Source: Octopus vulgaris
Taxonomy: Eukaryota
Assembly: GCA_951406725.2 (NCBI GenBank)
Contig: OX597827.1
Span: 7,502,001 to 7,566,000, forward strand
DNA length: 64,000 bases
Direction of reading: 5' to 3'
Part shown: in pieces, positions 12,920 through 24,956 of the stretch
How positions within the stretch are numbered: position 1 is the first letter of the stretch
Layout of the letters: the number at the start of each line of letters is the position of its first letter
The notes under the pieces: generated by a model
The model's input: only the letters and a program-made list of their open reading frames with translations
Database searches by the model: none
What the model was told of the DNA's origin: nothing
Position numbers and translations under genes: made by a program

Positions 12920-13135
12920 TAAAAAGGGAGAATTTCCCAAAAAACAAAAGACGAAGACAGGTGTATAAACAACAAGCAGGTGTATTAGTTTAATGCTCAG
13001 AGAAGTGAGAAAGTCTTTTATGTTTTGAGCTTACGGTCTTCGACAGAAAGGAACACAAAAATAAACAGGGAGAGAAAAGAAAAAAAAGGTTTAGTGGCGA
13101 GTGATCTATCATGGCAAATATCGAACAGAGGAGTA
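12920..13135 (-). mobile_element. Family P1-related element with decayed hammerhead (13014-13050)
   Basis: aacaaaagacgaagacaggtg...cttcgacagaaag; GAAA and cleavage triplet mutated. Confidence 0.6.
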
Positions 13136-13169
13136 TATATATATATATAGATACATATATGTATATGTG

Positions 13170-13225
<56 letters not shown>

Positions 13226-14037
13226 ATATATGTATATATATATATGTATATATATATGTGTGTGTATATTTATATGTTTGTGTGTGTATATACAAATATA
13301 TATGTATATATTTCTGTATGTATGTTTCTTTATATACATATATATATGTATATCTCTGTGTATTTGTGTTTGTTAACCATTACCCCTTGCCAGCTGATGT
13401 TGGTTTGCTTACGTCACTATAACTTAGCAGTTCAGCAAAAGAGCCCAGCAGATTAAGTATCAAGCTTAAAAGACATAAGTATTTAGGGTCAATTTGTTTG
13501 CCTAAATATTTCAAAACAGTACCCCAGCACGGCCGTGGTTTGATGACTAAATATATTGTAGAGTATAACTATTTCCCTCAAATAATTAAGTCTTGAAATT
13601 ACAAATCTATTTGAACCAACATCACAACTAACTGAACTGCTTTCTGTATCCTTAATGATAAACGTTGCAAGCATTTTCAAAGGAACAAACACAATATTTA
13701 TGCACATCAAGTAATTTATCGACTAAGAAATATTTTTTTAATGAGCTGAGAAACATATGAGAATCAAATTATTTGATATTTCATCTATTCTAAACTAGAC
13801 TCAGTGTCTTCAACGGTAGCTTCAAGTTGAATATATGCATTGTGAGTGGAATTTACTTGCCAGAAGCCTGTTGTGCTGAAATGTGTGAATGTGTGTGTGT
13901 GTGTATGTGTGTGTGTGTGTATGTGTGTGTGTGTGTGTGTATGTATGTATATATTTATATATATACACACACATATGTATATATATAGATATGTATAAGT
14001 ATATGTATGCATATATAAGTGTTTATATATGTGTGTG

Positions 14038-14133
<96 letters not shown>

Positions 14134-14146
14134 TAGATAGATATAG

Positions 14147-14199
<53 letters not shown>

Positions 14200-14343
14200 T
14201 ATATATATAAATCTAAATGTATATATATGTATCTATATATATATATATATAAATGTGTATGTATATATATATATAAGAATTTTTTGCGTAATGAAATAAA
14301 AAAACCAAGGCTGTGTAGATATTAGAACATTTATAGATAGAAG

Positions 14344-14391
14344 GTCTTACAGCTGTTTCCAGGATATTTATTATATCCCTTCATCGGAGAC
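14344..14391 (-). ncRNA. Type-I hammerhead-like motif (CCGAUGA core)
   Basis: Mirror copy of 14818-14869. Confidence 0.65.
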
Positions 14392-14817
14392 GGTGTGAGA
14401 GGATGGTTCAGAAATAGTTAATTTAGATAAGATATAAAATAGAGAGTGATGTGGAGGAAAGAAAATAGATGTGAGATATGTAGGGATATTGAACTTGTAG
14501 ATCCATTTTTTAGGCAGAATGGTATACATGCAAGATTCCAATACCTTATGAGAAAAATCCAACACTGTTGGATCTCACTCATAATGTCTTGGAATCTTAC
14601 ATTGTGTATAAACTCTATATTTGGAATGACTCATTTTAAATTCTGTTGGATTTTTCTCATAAGGTATTGGAATCTTACATGTATACCATTCTGCCTAAAA
14701 AATGGATCTGCAAATTCAATATCTCTACATATCTCACATCTGTTTTTCTTTCCTCCACCTCACTCTCTATTTTGTATCCTATCTAAATTAACTATTACTT
14801 AACCATCCTCTCACACC

Positions 14818-14869
14818 GTCTCCGATGAAGGGATATAATTAATAAATATCCTAGAAACAGCTGTAAGAC
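14818..14869 (+). ncRNA. Type-I hammerhead-like motif (CCGAUGA core)
   Basis: GUCU-CCGAUGA-AG-GGAUAU...AUAUCC-UA-GAAAC-AGCU-GUA-AGAC. Confidence 0.65.
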
Positions 14870-15154
14870 CTTCTATCTATAAATGTTCTAATATCTACAC
14901 AGCCTTGGTTTTTTATATCATTACGCAAAAAATTCTTATATATATATATATACAACTTCAATATTCCTACATGTCTCATATCTATTTTTCTTTCCTTATT
15001 TTTTATTTTTTTATTTTTTTATTTTTATTAATTTTATTTGAATTAAATTATGGCTTTCACGGTAAGGTCTGGCAAATCTATTTACACATACGCATACTTA
15101 TCTGTTAAAATTAAAATATAGTATTTGGTATCAAACTATGATAAAGTTGTTTAG

Positions 15155-15250
15155 GGGCCTGATGATTGGGGCTACATTTTAAGAAATGTTCCGGTAAAAC
15201 ATTGCGTGCTTAAGGAACCGTAAAAGAACCTCAAGAAACACGTGTAGCAG
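15155..15250 (+). ncRNA. Type-I hammerhead-like motif, canonical core
   Basis: GC-CUGAUGA-UUGGGG...CCUCAA-GAAAC-ACGU-GUA-GC; stem I only 2 bp. Confidence 0.6.
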
Positions 15251-15432
15251 AGAAATGAGTAGTAAGTATTAAATTAAAATTCTTTTATATGGTGTGATGA
15301 AGGGGACTACTATCTCTAATTAACATATATATTTACTCATTGAGAATAATTTGAACCCCTGTGATGCTAGAATTTTTATTCCCTAATAAATAAAATAAAA
15401 TAATTATATATATATATATATACATATATATA

Positions 15433-15633
15433 AAACGGGAAGGTTTACAAAAATAAACAAAAGACGAAGGCAGGTGGAGTACAAACAAACAAATGTATTA
15501 GTATGGCGCTCAGGAATAGAAATAGAACAAGTCTTTTACGTTTCGAGCCTACGCTCTTCGACAGAAAGATACACAGAAAAAAACAAGGAGAGAAACAAGG
15601 AGAGAAAAAAAAGCGTGTAGGAGCTAACGATCA
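15433..15633 (-). mobile_element. Family P1 element
   Basis: Near-identical to 4010-4216. Confidence 0.65.
15532..15569 (-). ncRNA. Minimal hammerhead-like motif, CUGUCGA core
   Basis: Identical to the motif at 4106-4143. Confidence 0.6.
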
Positions 15634-15702
15634 TAAAAAAAATAAAAAGTAAAAAGTAAAAGAGTCAAAAGGAAGAGTAAGTACGGTTAGGCAGCTTTTT
15701 AA

Positions 15703-15823
15703 TCACTACAAATGTTTCGATACATACAGATCCTCTGTATATACAGGATTTAAAGGTAAGTTTAAATTTAATTATGTAACGATTTACCTGTATAAGAAGA
15801 TCTATATGTATCTCCTCAGGTGA
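15703..15823 (-). ncRNA. Type-I hammerhead-like motif with long stem II
   Basis: Minus strand: UCAC-CUGAGGA-GAUACAUAUAGAUC...GAUCUGUAUGUAUC-GAAAC-AUUU-GUA-GUGA; 14-bp base of stem II with one G-U. Confidence 0.72.
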
Positions 15824-15880
15824 CACTCAGTTGCTTTTTCCTTAAGTAAATCTAGATTTCCATGCGACAACATCCGTGGC

Positions 15881-15960
<80 letters not shown>

Positions 15961-16146
15961 TAGATATATACGTTTAAATATTTGTTGTGCAAGATTTTTT
16001 ATGTGAAGTCGTGTGTTGAAACAGATATTGTTATATTTCGGAATGGTCATATTGCCAGTTTAGCCAATAAAAACACACGCACTATATATTTGGTGTTATT
16101 TTGCTTCAGTGATATTTATTTTTTACATTAATCTTAATCTTATTTC

Positions 16147-16191
16147 GGCCAGAGTTCTTTCGTCACACTCCTGTGACCGCATCAGTGGTCC
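16147..16191 (-). ncRNA. Hammerhead-like motif, variant core CUGAUGC
   Basis: Minus strand: ACCA-CUGAUGC-G-GUCAC-AGGAGU-GUGAC-GAAA-GAAC-UC-UGGC; lies downstream of the GIY-YIG frame on the same strand. Confidence 0.5.
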
Positions 16192-16718
16192 TTTGTTTTC
16201 TTCTCACTTACTTGTGTCTCTCCTTACTAACCGTCAGCCATTTTGTATTTCTATTGTATGTCTTCATTTGCGCATGCTTATATCTCTATGTGCGTCTATG
16301 TTTATTTAGTGTGTGGGGGGGATGCCTGTAATATTTGTATCTTCTGGTTATATACATTCTTGTAATTTGTATTTTGTTTTTGTTGTTGTTGCTTTTGTTC
16401 TAATTTTATTCATGTGTTTACATCCACCCATTATTATCATTACATATGCTTGTATGTATGTATAACAACAATATTAGTAATAATAATAATAAATCTAATC
16501 GAGAAAAAAAAAAAAAAAAAAAAAAGAATATACATATACATATATATATATATACATACATATACATATACATATATATATATATATATATATACATATA
16601 TACACACATATATACACATATACATATACATATATATACACATATACATATATATAGATATTCATTTCTATTTCTTTAATTACCTGTGTATTTATTATGT
16701 TTGCAGGATCCACTATTG

Positions 16719-16953
16719 TCATATGTTGTGGTGTGCGCTATTGCTCCATTCTAGTTTTCTATTCAGGCTAGGTTTATTTTCTATTATATGTGTAGCTTCT
16801 GTAATTTGTCTAATTGTTGCATCTGTTCTATGTGTGGACAATATCTTAATCTCTATGTTATTGATTGATCCCCCGTGTTCTTGTTCGGCGTGTCGGTACA
16901 GAATCGATGAGCTTTTACCTTCCTTGAGTTGTCTCCAATGTTCATTCACCCGC
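16719..16953 (-). pseudogene. Penelope-like element GIY-YIG endonuclease C-terminal fragment
   Basis: RVNEH...[12 protein letters not shown]...IKILS...[22 protein letters not shown] follows the PLE GIY-YIG pattern (R..EH, H...H, EA..I....P.LN). The upstream part of the listed ORF is microsatellite/SINE. Confidence 0.8.
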
Positions 16954-17133
16954 TGACACTCAGTTGCTTTTTCCTTAAGTAAATCTAGATGTCCATGCGA
17001 CAACATCCGTGGCTTTTTATATATATATATATATATATGTATATAAAATATATATACTGAATAAATAATATATATATATATATGCGTGTGTATATATATA
17101 TATAAATATAGATATATGACCATTCCGAAATAT

Positions 17134-17218
<85 letters not shown>

Positions 17219-17220
<2 letters not shown>

Positions 17221-17380
17221 CGGAGGAGTGGCTGTGTGGTAAGTAGCTTGCTTACCAACCACATGGTTCCGGGTTCAGTCCCACTGCGTGGCATCTTGGG
17301 CAAGTGTCTTCTGCTATAGCCTCGGGCTGACCAATGCCTTGTGAGTGGATTTGGTAGACGGAAACTGAAAGAAGCCTGTC

Positions 17381-17412
<32 letters not shown>

Positions 17413-17635
17413 TTGTGTGTTTGTGTGTCTGTGTTTGTCCCCCTAGCATTGCTTGACAACCGATGCTGGTGTGTTTACATCCCCGTCACTTAGCAGTTCG
17501 GCAAAAGAGACCGGTAGAATAAGTACTGGGCTTACAAAGAATAAGTCCCGGGGTCGAGTTGATCAACTAAAGGCGGTGCTCCAGCATGGCCGCAGTCAAA
17601 TGACTGAAACAAGTAAAAGAGTAAAAGAGAGTAAA
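17219..17635 (+). mobile_element. SINE family A, full length
   Basis: Matches 3139-3535. Confidence 0.9.
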
Positions 17636-17819
17636 TAGTATATATATATATATACATATATATATAGTAAAGTAAAAGAATTCACTTTACCACACACCGA
17701 ACTTTTCAGAAATAGCAGCCAAAAGTTTGGCTATTTCTTCAACTGCAAATAAAAGTCTCCAGACAATGCATACTCAGAAAAATAACTCACTATAGAGAGA
17801 GAGAGAGAGAGAGAGAGTA

Positions 17820-18070
17820 AAGACCCCCTTCAGTCATGAATGACCCAGGGATTGCACCTAGAATGTTATCTGTCAAGGCACAAGTCTGGGGCAAGATTGT
17901 TTATGGAAGACTATCAGTCACCCATACATACCAGCATCCCCTCTCCACGCCCACCAGTGTTATCCAAGGCAAAGGCTGATACAACTTGGCACCAGCGATG
18001 TCACAACACATTTCTAAAGCTGAGTGAACTGAAGCAACATGAAATAAAGTGTCTTGCTCAAGAACAACAA
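17820..18070 (-). mobile_element. Probable further SINE fragment
   Basis: Minus strand contains ttgagcaagacactttatttcatgttgcttcagttcactcagct, resembling SINE central domains; single copy here. Confidence 0.4.
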
Positions 18071-18152
18071 CATATATATGTATATATATATATGTGTGTG
18101 TGTGTGTATATGTATATATGTATTTATGTGTGTGTGTGCATATACATATACT

Positions 18153-18208
<56 letters not shown>

Positions 18209-18342
18209 TAGATATATATAACTCTTTTGGTATGCGGCAGAGCAACCTGCTGCCTGCCCTTTTACTTATAAAAATATAGATAGATAGATAGAGAGATAGA
18301 TATTCCCCTACTTATATATTTATATATATATATATATATATG

Positions 18343-18591
18343 TGCCGCTGACACGTTAAAATGCTCGAACCGATCGTGACGATGCCGGACCCTCCGGCCC
18401 CTGTGCAGGTGGCACGTAAAAGCACCAATCCACTCACGGAGTGGTTGGCGTTAGGAAGGCATCCAGCCGTAGAAACTCTGCCAGATTCAGACTGGAGCCT
18501 GGTGCGGCCCCTGGCTTCCCAGACCCGGTCAAACCGTCCAACCCGTGCTAGCGCGGAAGCGGACGTTAAACGATGATGATGATGATGATGA

Positions 18592-18595
<4 letters not shown>
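18343..18595 (+). mobile_element. Family C repeat
   Basis: ggtggcacgtaaaagcacc...aaacgatgatgat. Confidence 0.85.
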
Positions 18596-18633
<38 letters not shown>

Positions 18634-19339
18634 GTGTGTGTGTGCATATGTATATGCACACACACACATATATATATATAAATATAGATAGATAGATAGA
18701 TAGATATTCCCCCTACTTATATATATATATGTATATACACATACACACAGATACAAACATACACAAGCGTACACTTTCCAAATAATATCTTTTGATATAC
18801 TTTATGTAATAGATGAAACAGAGGTGAAAAAATGTTAGCTAAATCATAATGCAAGGATATGCATGCAAAATACACTGGGAAGTATGAATATGGATGTGAA
18901 AACAAATTATGTATATATTTATAACTATGAATATGCATGTGTTTGTGTGTGTGTGAATGTGTATGTGAGTGTGTGTGTGTGTATGTGTGCGAATGTTCAT
19001 ATATGTGTAAGGAAATTGGGTGCATCAAACAAAAATAGTTTTGCTGAGTTGTGCCCCTTTATGTCAAAGCAGTCATAACCACTCAATTGAACAGAGATTT
19101 GTATAAGTATCAGACTAAGGCAGTGTACTAGCAGAATCGTTAGTACACTGTGCAAAGTGCTTACTGGCAGTTACATTCTGAGTTCAAATTCCACCAAGGT
19201 CAACTTTGCCTTTCATCCTTTCAGGGTCGATAAAACAAGTACCAGTTGACTGGGGCAATGTAATTGACTTAAACTCTCTCACGAAATTGCTGGCCTTGTT
19301 CCACAATTTAAAACCAATACAAGTATTGGACTAAATACC

Positions 19340-19912
19340 TATTTCTTTACTACCCACAAGGGGTTAAACACAGAGGGGACAAACAAGGACAGACAAACGG
19401 ATTAAGTCAAATACATCGACCCCAGTGCGTAACTGGTACTTAATTTATCGACCTCGAAAGGATGAAAGGCAAAGTCGACCTTGGGAATTTGAACTCAGAA
19501 CGTAGTGGCAGACGAAATACCTGTTTTTATGCCCACAAGGGGCTAAACACAGAGGGGACAAACAAGGACAGACAAAGGATTAAGTCGATTACACACTTAA
19601 TTTATCGACTCCAAAGGATGAAAGGCAAAGTCGACCTCGGCGGAATTTGAACTCAGAATGTAGTGGCAGACGAAATGCCTATTTCTTTACTATCCACAAT
19701 GGGTTAAACATAGAGGAGACAAACAAGGACAGACAAACGGATTAAGTTGATTACATCGACCCCAGTGCGTAACTGGTACTTAATTTATCGACCCTGAAAG
19801 GATGAAAGGCAAAGTTGACCTCAGCGGAATTTGAACTCAGAAAGTAAGAGCAGACAAAATATGGCTATGCATTTTGCCCAGCGTCCTAACGTTTCTGCCA
19901 GCTCACCGCCTT
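19340..19912 (-). mobile_element. Tandem trimer of SINE family B
   Basis: Three units; outer direct repeat tattggactaaatacc at 19324-19339 and 19922-19937. Confidence 0.88.
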
Positions 19913-20604
19913 AAATACCATTATTGGACTAAATACCATTATCAAATAGGAAAACTCTTGAACATACTGTCTCAACATTGTCACCAACTAAACGCTGAAA
20001 CCAATAAAAGACTAAAATTAATATAATTTTACAAGATTGCAGCTTTATATCGCAAGTTTCAGGACACTGGCCCAATCAGCCCAAGGTGGCCTACCATGTT
20101 GACTCCGAACAAAACAATGAAATTATTGATCATTTTTGACTTAAGGCAGAAACATAATAATCAGTCTAGACAGCATTTTATTCACTTATGTTCATTTTTA
20201 CCTCTTATAGTTCAGGCTATGCCATTAGCTGAAAACGTTGCAATCTACTAGAATTTACTGCAGATTTCAAGTCACATGAATTGGATTTCAGCGACATCCG
20301 CCGTTTCTTCCGCACTCTTTCGGAAACAAATGTTTGTGTCAGACAAATGATTTCCCTATTTCTTGCTGCAGTTAAAATGTGGCCTCCTATGAATTGCATC
20401 TATTAATGTATTGTTGTTGAAGCTGTTGTTGTTGTGCGTTGTTGTTGTTGCTGTTATATAATTACACAATGCGTTTGTATAATTTCGCGACATTGTCATC
20501 ATTTTAATGTTCACATTTCCATGCTTGCATTCATCAGAGAGAATTTGTTGAGGCAAATTTTCTACCACCAGGTGCCCTTCCTGTTGCCATATTTCACTTG
20601 TATG

Positions 20605-20635
<31 letters not shown>

Positions 20636-20837
20636 TTTATTCTTTTTCAATTTTTTATTTTATCTAGTTTCAGCTCACGAGCTGTGGCCATGCTGGGGCA
20701 CTGCCTATATATATATGTGTGTGTGTGTGTGTGAGTGTGTGTGTGTGTGTGTGTGCGTGTGTGGGTGTGTGTGTGTGTGCATGTACGTAAATATATGCAT
20801 CTGTGAGTAGTGTGTATATTCTGTATCTATCTGTCTA

Positions 20838-20893
<56 letters not shown>

Positions 20894-21006
20894 GCTATCT
20901 ATTATAGATTCATTTACGCATATGTACACACACAGATATGTATGCATACATACATATATATAGATATACATACATACATACATACATATATATGTGTGTG
21001 TGTGTA

Positions 21007-21183
21007 TCATCATCATCATCATCGTTTAACGTCTGTTTTCCATGCTAGCATGGGTTGGATGGTTCAGACTGGGGTCTGGGAAGCCAGGAGGCTGCACCAG
21101 GCTCCAGTCTGATCTGGCAGTGTTTCTACAGCTGGATGCCCTTCCTAACGCCAACCACTCCGTGAGTGTAGTGGGTGCTTTTA
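21007..21183 (-). mobile_element. Family C 3' end
   Basis: Matches 1051-1225. Confidence 0.85.
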
Positions 21184-21599
21184 TGAGGATATTATTGTTT
21201 ATAATAATATCAGTGGCTTAGCATGTGTAAAAAAAACCATAATGGTAAAAAATTATCAATCAAAAGATCGGAATTGAAGTACACCTCTGCAAGATGGTGA
21301 CACTCATTTATGACTATCAGGCAATGGAAATATGCTGGGGTTGGTGACAGGAAGAGCATCCAGCTGTAGAAAATCTGCTTTGATAAGCTCTGTCAAATGG
21401 GAAAGGGATAAGGGTTAAATGATGACAACAATGACAGTGATCTTTCCAGCTCCATCTCGGTTACTTTCTGCCTCCTCTTCTCTAAAGCAAATATCCTCTT
21501 CTGATCTGGTTCTCTTCTTTCATAATTTAGTGTCTAATTTCTGAGTATACATATATATTAATATAAATATGTGTGCGTGTGTGTGTGTGTGTGTGTGTG

Positions 21600-21905
21600 A
21601 AAAAACATTTGAGCGAGGTTGTTGCCAGTGTCGCTGGACTGGCTCCTATGCAGGTGGCATATAAAAATCACCATTTGAGCATGGCCATTGCCAGTACTGC
21701 CTGACTGGCCCTTGTGCCGGTGGCAGCACGTAAAAGCACCCTCTACACTCTTGGAGCGGTTGGCGTCCAGCTGTAGAAACGCTGCCAGATCAAGATTGGA
21801 GTCTGGTACAGCCATCTGGTTCGCCGGTCCTCAGTCAAATCGTCCAATCCACGCTAGCATGGAAAACGGACATTAAATGATGATGCTGATGATGATAATG
21901 ATGAT
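21600..21905 (+). mobile_element. Family C repeat, diverged
   Basis: ggtggc..cgtaaaagcacc units and (GAT)n tail. Confidence 0.75.
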
Positions 21906-22114
21906 ATATATATATGTGAGTGTGAGTGTGTGTGTAGTGGGAATATTCAGCAGTCAGATAACTACATGTGATATCACAACTTACTAGAATATTACCCATG
22001 TGATAAAAAAATCTAACCACTCATGACTTTGTCTGCAACTGGCTCCAGCAATGATTCCAATATTTCATACCTTTCTCTCTGAGCCTTAACATCAGTATTA
22101 GTTCAGCACTAGAA

Positions 22115-22363
22115 AGGCGGCGAGCTGGAAAAGGTGGTGAGCTGGCAGAATCATTAGCTCGCCGGGCGAAATGCTTAGTGGTATTTCGTCTGCCACTACG
22201 TTGTGAGTTCAAATTCCGCCGAGGTCGACTTTGTCTTTCATCCTTTCGGGGTCGATTAAATAAGTACCAGTTACGCACTGGGGTCGATATAATCGACTTA
22301 ATCCCTTTGTCTGTCCTTGTTTGTCACCTCTGTGTTTAGCCCCTTGTGGGTAGTAAAGAAATA
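22115..22363 (+). mobile_element. SINE family B with 16-bp TSD
   Basis: agtattagttcagcac at 22094-22109 and 22364-22379. Confidence 0.9.
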
Positions 22364-22708
22364 AGTATTAGTTCAGCACACCTTTGACTGACTTAACCAA
22401 AGAGTTATTGAGAGACAGCTGTGATGAGATGGCAGACAGATGGCAAACTGACAAGGACAGCTGCTGATCCAAGCTGGCATCAGCTACATGAATGACCTCA
22501 GCTACATTAGAACCAATTGACCTCACTTTGACAACAGCTACAATCACACCAAGGACACTGACATTCGAACTCTCAATGTTTTGCTGTTCACAGTAGTAAC
22601 AGCATTTTTGTTTGTGTGCGAAAAGAATAAATATTTTGTTTGTCATAAATCTCAACCTTCTCCAGAGATCTTCTTCTTACACACATACAGACATAAATGT
22701 ATGTATAA

Positions 22709-22915
22709 TCTTTTACTCTTTTACTTGTTTCAGTCATTTGACTGTGGCCATGCTGGAGCACCGCCTTTAGTCGAGCAAATCGACCCCGGGACTTATTCTT
22801 TGTAAGCTAGTACTTATTCTATCAATCATTTTTGCCGAACTGCTAAGTGATGGGGACGTAAACACACCAGCATCGGTTGTCAAGCAATGCTAGGGGGACA
22901 AACACAAACACACAA

Positions 22916-22954
<39 letters not shown>

Positions 22955-23077
22955 TACGACAGGCTTCTTTCGGGGCTATAGCAGAAGACACTTGCCCAAG
23001 ATGCCATGCAGTGGGACTGAACCCGGAACCATGTGGTTGGTAAGCAAGCTACTTACCACACAGCCACTCCTGCGCCT
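22709..23077 (-). mobile_element. SINE family A (internal deletion) flanked by ~96-bp direct repeat
   Basis: Reverse complement of family A; flanks 22611-22707 and 23079-23175 are near-identical. Confidence 0.88.
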
Positions 23078-23292
23078 ATTTGTGTGCAAATAGAATAAAT
23101 ATTTTGTTTATCATAAATCTCAACCTTCTCCAGAGATCTTCTTCTTACACACACACAGACATAAATGTATGTATATATATGAATTTCATATATTAATTGA
23201 ATACATACTTCTGTCTGTATTTTCTGTCTGCTGTACAAACTGTACTGAACAAAAAAAACTAAAAAACAGGGAGTGAAACTGGATATGTGACA

Positions 23293-23681
23293 TCTCTCTT
23301 TATATAAAGCTGAAGTTGTCTGTGTATGGCAGGTTTGGTAGCCTTCAACTAGCACTATCTCTTCCGAGACCCTGCGGCACAAGTTGACCAAAATTGAGAG
23401 TATGATAGAAGAAAGCTTGCTCCTCCTTCCATAGAAGAAAAAATTCAAATTGGACCATGTTAACACCGAAAATTATTTACATAAAAAAAGGTGCTTTTTT
23501 TCTATGAAAATCCATATTTTTTACGATTTTTTTACTGCTGTGATGCCATTTTTCGGTGTATTTCAACCAGAAAAATGTTCACTTAAAGAGAATAACAAGC
23601 TACACAATGCAAAATTTTTACTTTTCAAAAATTCCAATTCTAAAGGGTCGAAATAAACCCGAGCAACTCCAGGCGATACTG
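23293..23681 (+). mobile_element. Non-autonomous Helitron, second subfamily, terminal CTAG lost
   Basis: 5' tctctctttatataaagctgaagttgt and 3' cccgagcaactccaggcgatactg resemble the other Helitron ends; the interior is different. Confidence 0.7.
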
Positions 23682-24956
23682 AAAATATTATTCAATGACT
23701 AATGCTGTTTTCTTCCAATCACTATATAATTATTTCTAATTAGCATTTTGGTGTTCATTGCCTTAAAAATATCAACGCTATGTTGTTTATCTAAAATATA
23801 AGATACTTCTGTACCATCCATTAAATGTAATGCAATTTTTCTACTCCATTTTACTGAAACAAATAAAATATGATGGAAATACATCTTTTCAACTATTATA
23901 AACCATTTCAAAATGTGTTGCCTTTTTCCTTCCTAAATAGACTTTCTTTTTCTTTTCAATCAGTTATCTTTCCTTCTGACTTTAACATTTTTGCAAATTG
24001 TTCTATAGCAATTCTTAAGATTTCAAATAGTCTTTGTTATAAGACACTCCTAGATCTGAATTTCTATTTACTTACTTGCTTCAAGAATTTGATTAAATAC
24101 AAAAGAATTTAGATGGGAGTGTTGATAAATAACCTTCTAGGCTTCAAATACCAATGTAAACATCTCTACTCATAACTATATTTTCTCAATAACTCACTTA
24201 TCTAAATTCAATATTCTTCTTTTCTATAGAGAGGAAGGTGATAAAATCACTTACTGTGAAGTGTAGAGAAAAATACATTTATTCCATAGTTTGGCTTTAT
24301 AAAGTCCTAATTACAAACCAGAAAAAAAGTAGAAATAATTTTTCTTCAAAATTCAGAATTTTTTTTCCAAGCTGCAAATATTTTTCTAAAATTAGAAATT
24401 TTTTCCAAGTTTGAAAATACATTTTTTTGAAATGTCAAAATGCATAAGTTTTATAGTTTATATGAACTTGCTGAAGTTGAAATGTTTTTAACTCCATCAA
24501 CACATTCCACATTGTTTAGTGATTTTCATTTCTTTTCCATTTATATACTTCAACAATGCTGATTCATATAATCTACAGAATTCTCTATGCTTTTTTTTTG
24601 TTGCTTTTTTAATGACTTTACCAAATAAGAAAGGAAATGGTTGTGATACTTTTTGGGGTCTTCTGAGACAGATAAGAAGGAAATTATCCTTTGTTTCTCA
24701 GACTGAAGATCTGGTCTAGAAGCTTGTCATAGTGTAGAATAAAATAGGGGACATTTTGGCACAGCTGTTTTGGCGACATTCATTTGGCACTGCTCACTTA
24801 TTTGTCATCAAACATTTTAACATTTCTCTCATTCCAGTCTCTCTCTTTTAGTTTATTTTTTTAATGTGTATGAGAGGATAGAAAGTGTTTATGTCACTTA
24901 TATTCAATTACTAATTTGTAATCTCCTGTCCCAAAACAGGTACTCTCCACACAGTT

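Larger units (their letters stand above)
14272..14940. mobile_element. ~290-bp inverted repeat pair (inverted Penelope-like pLTRs) inside (TA)n
   Basis: ~14272-14563 is the reverse complement of ~14644-14940 with few mismatches and an ~80-nt spacer; each arm carries a hammerhead motif. Confidence 0.8.

Noticed and set aside
16719-17303. 194-aa ORF as one gene
   Set aside because: Chimera of SINE head, (TA)n and the Penelope GIY-YIG fragment; only 16719-16953 is protein-like.
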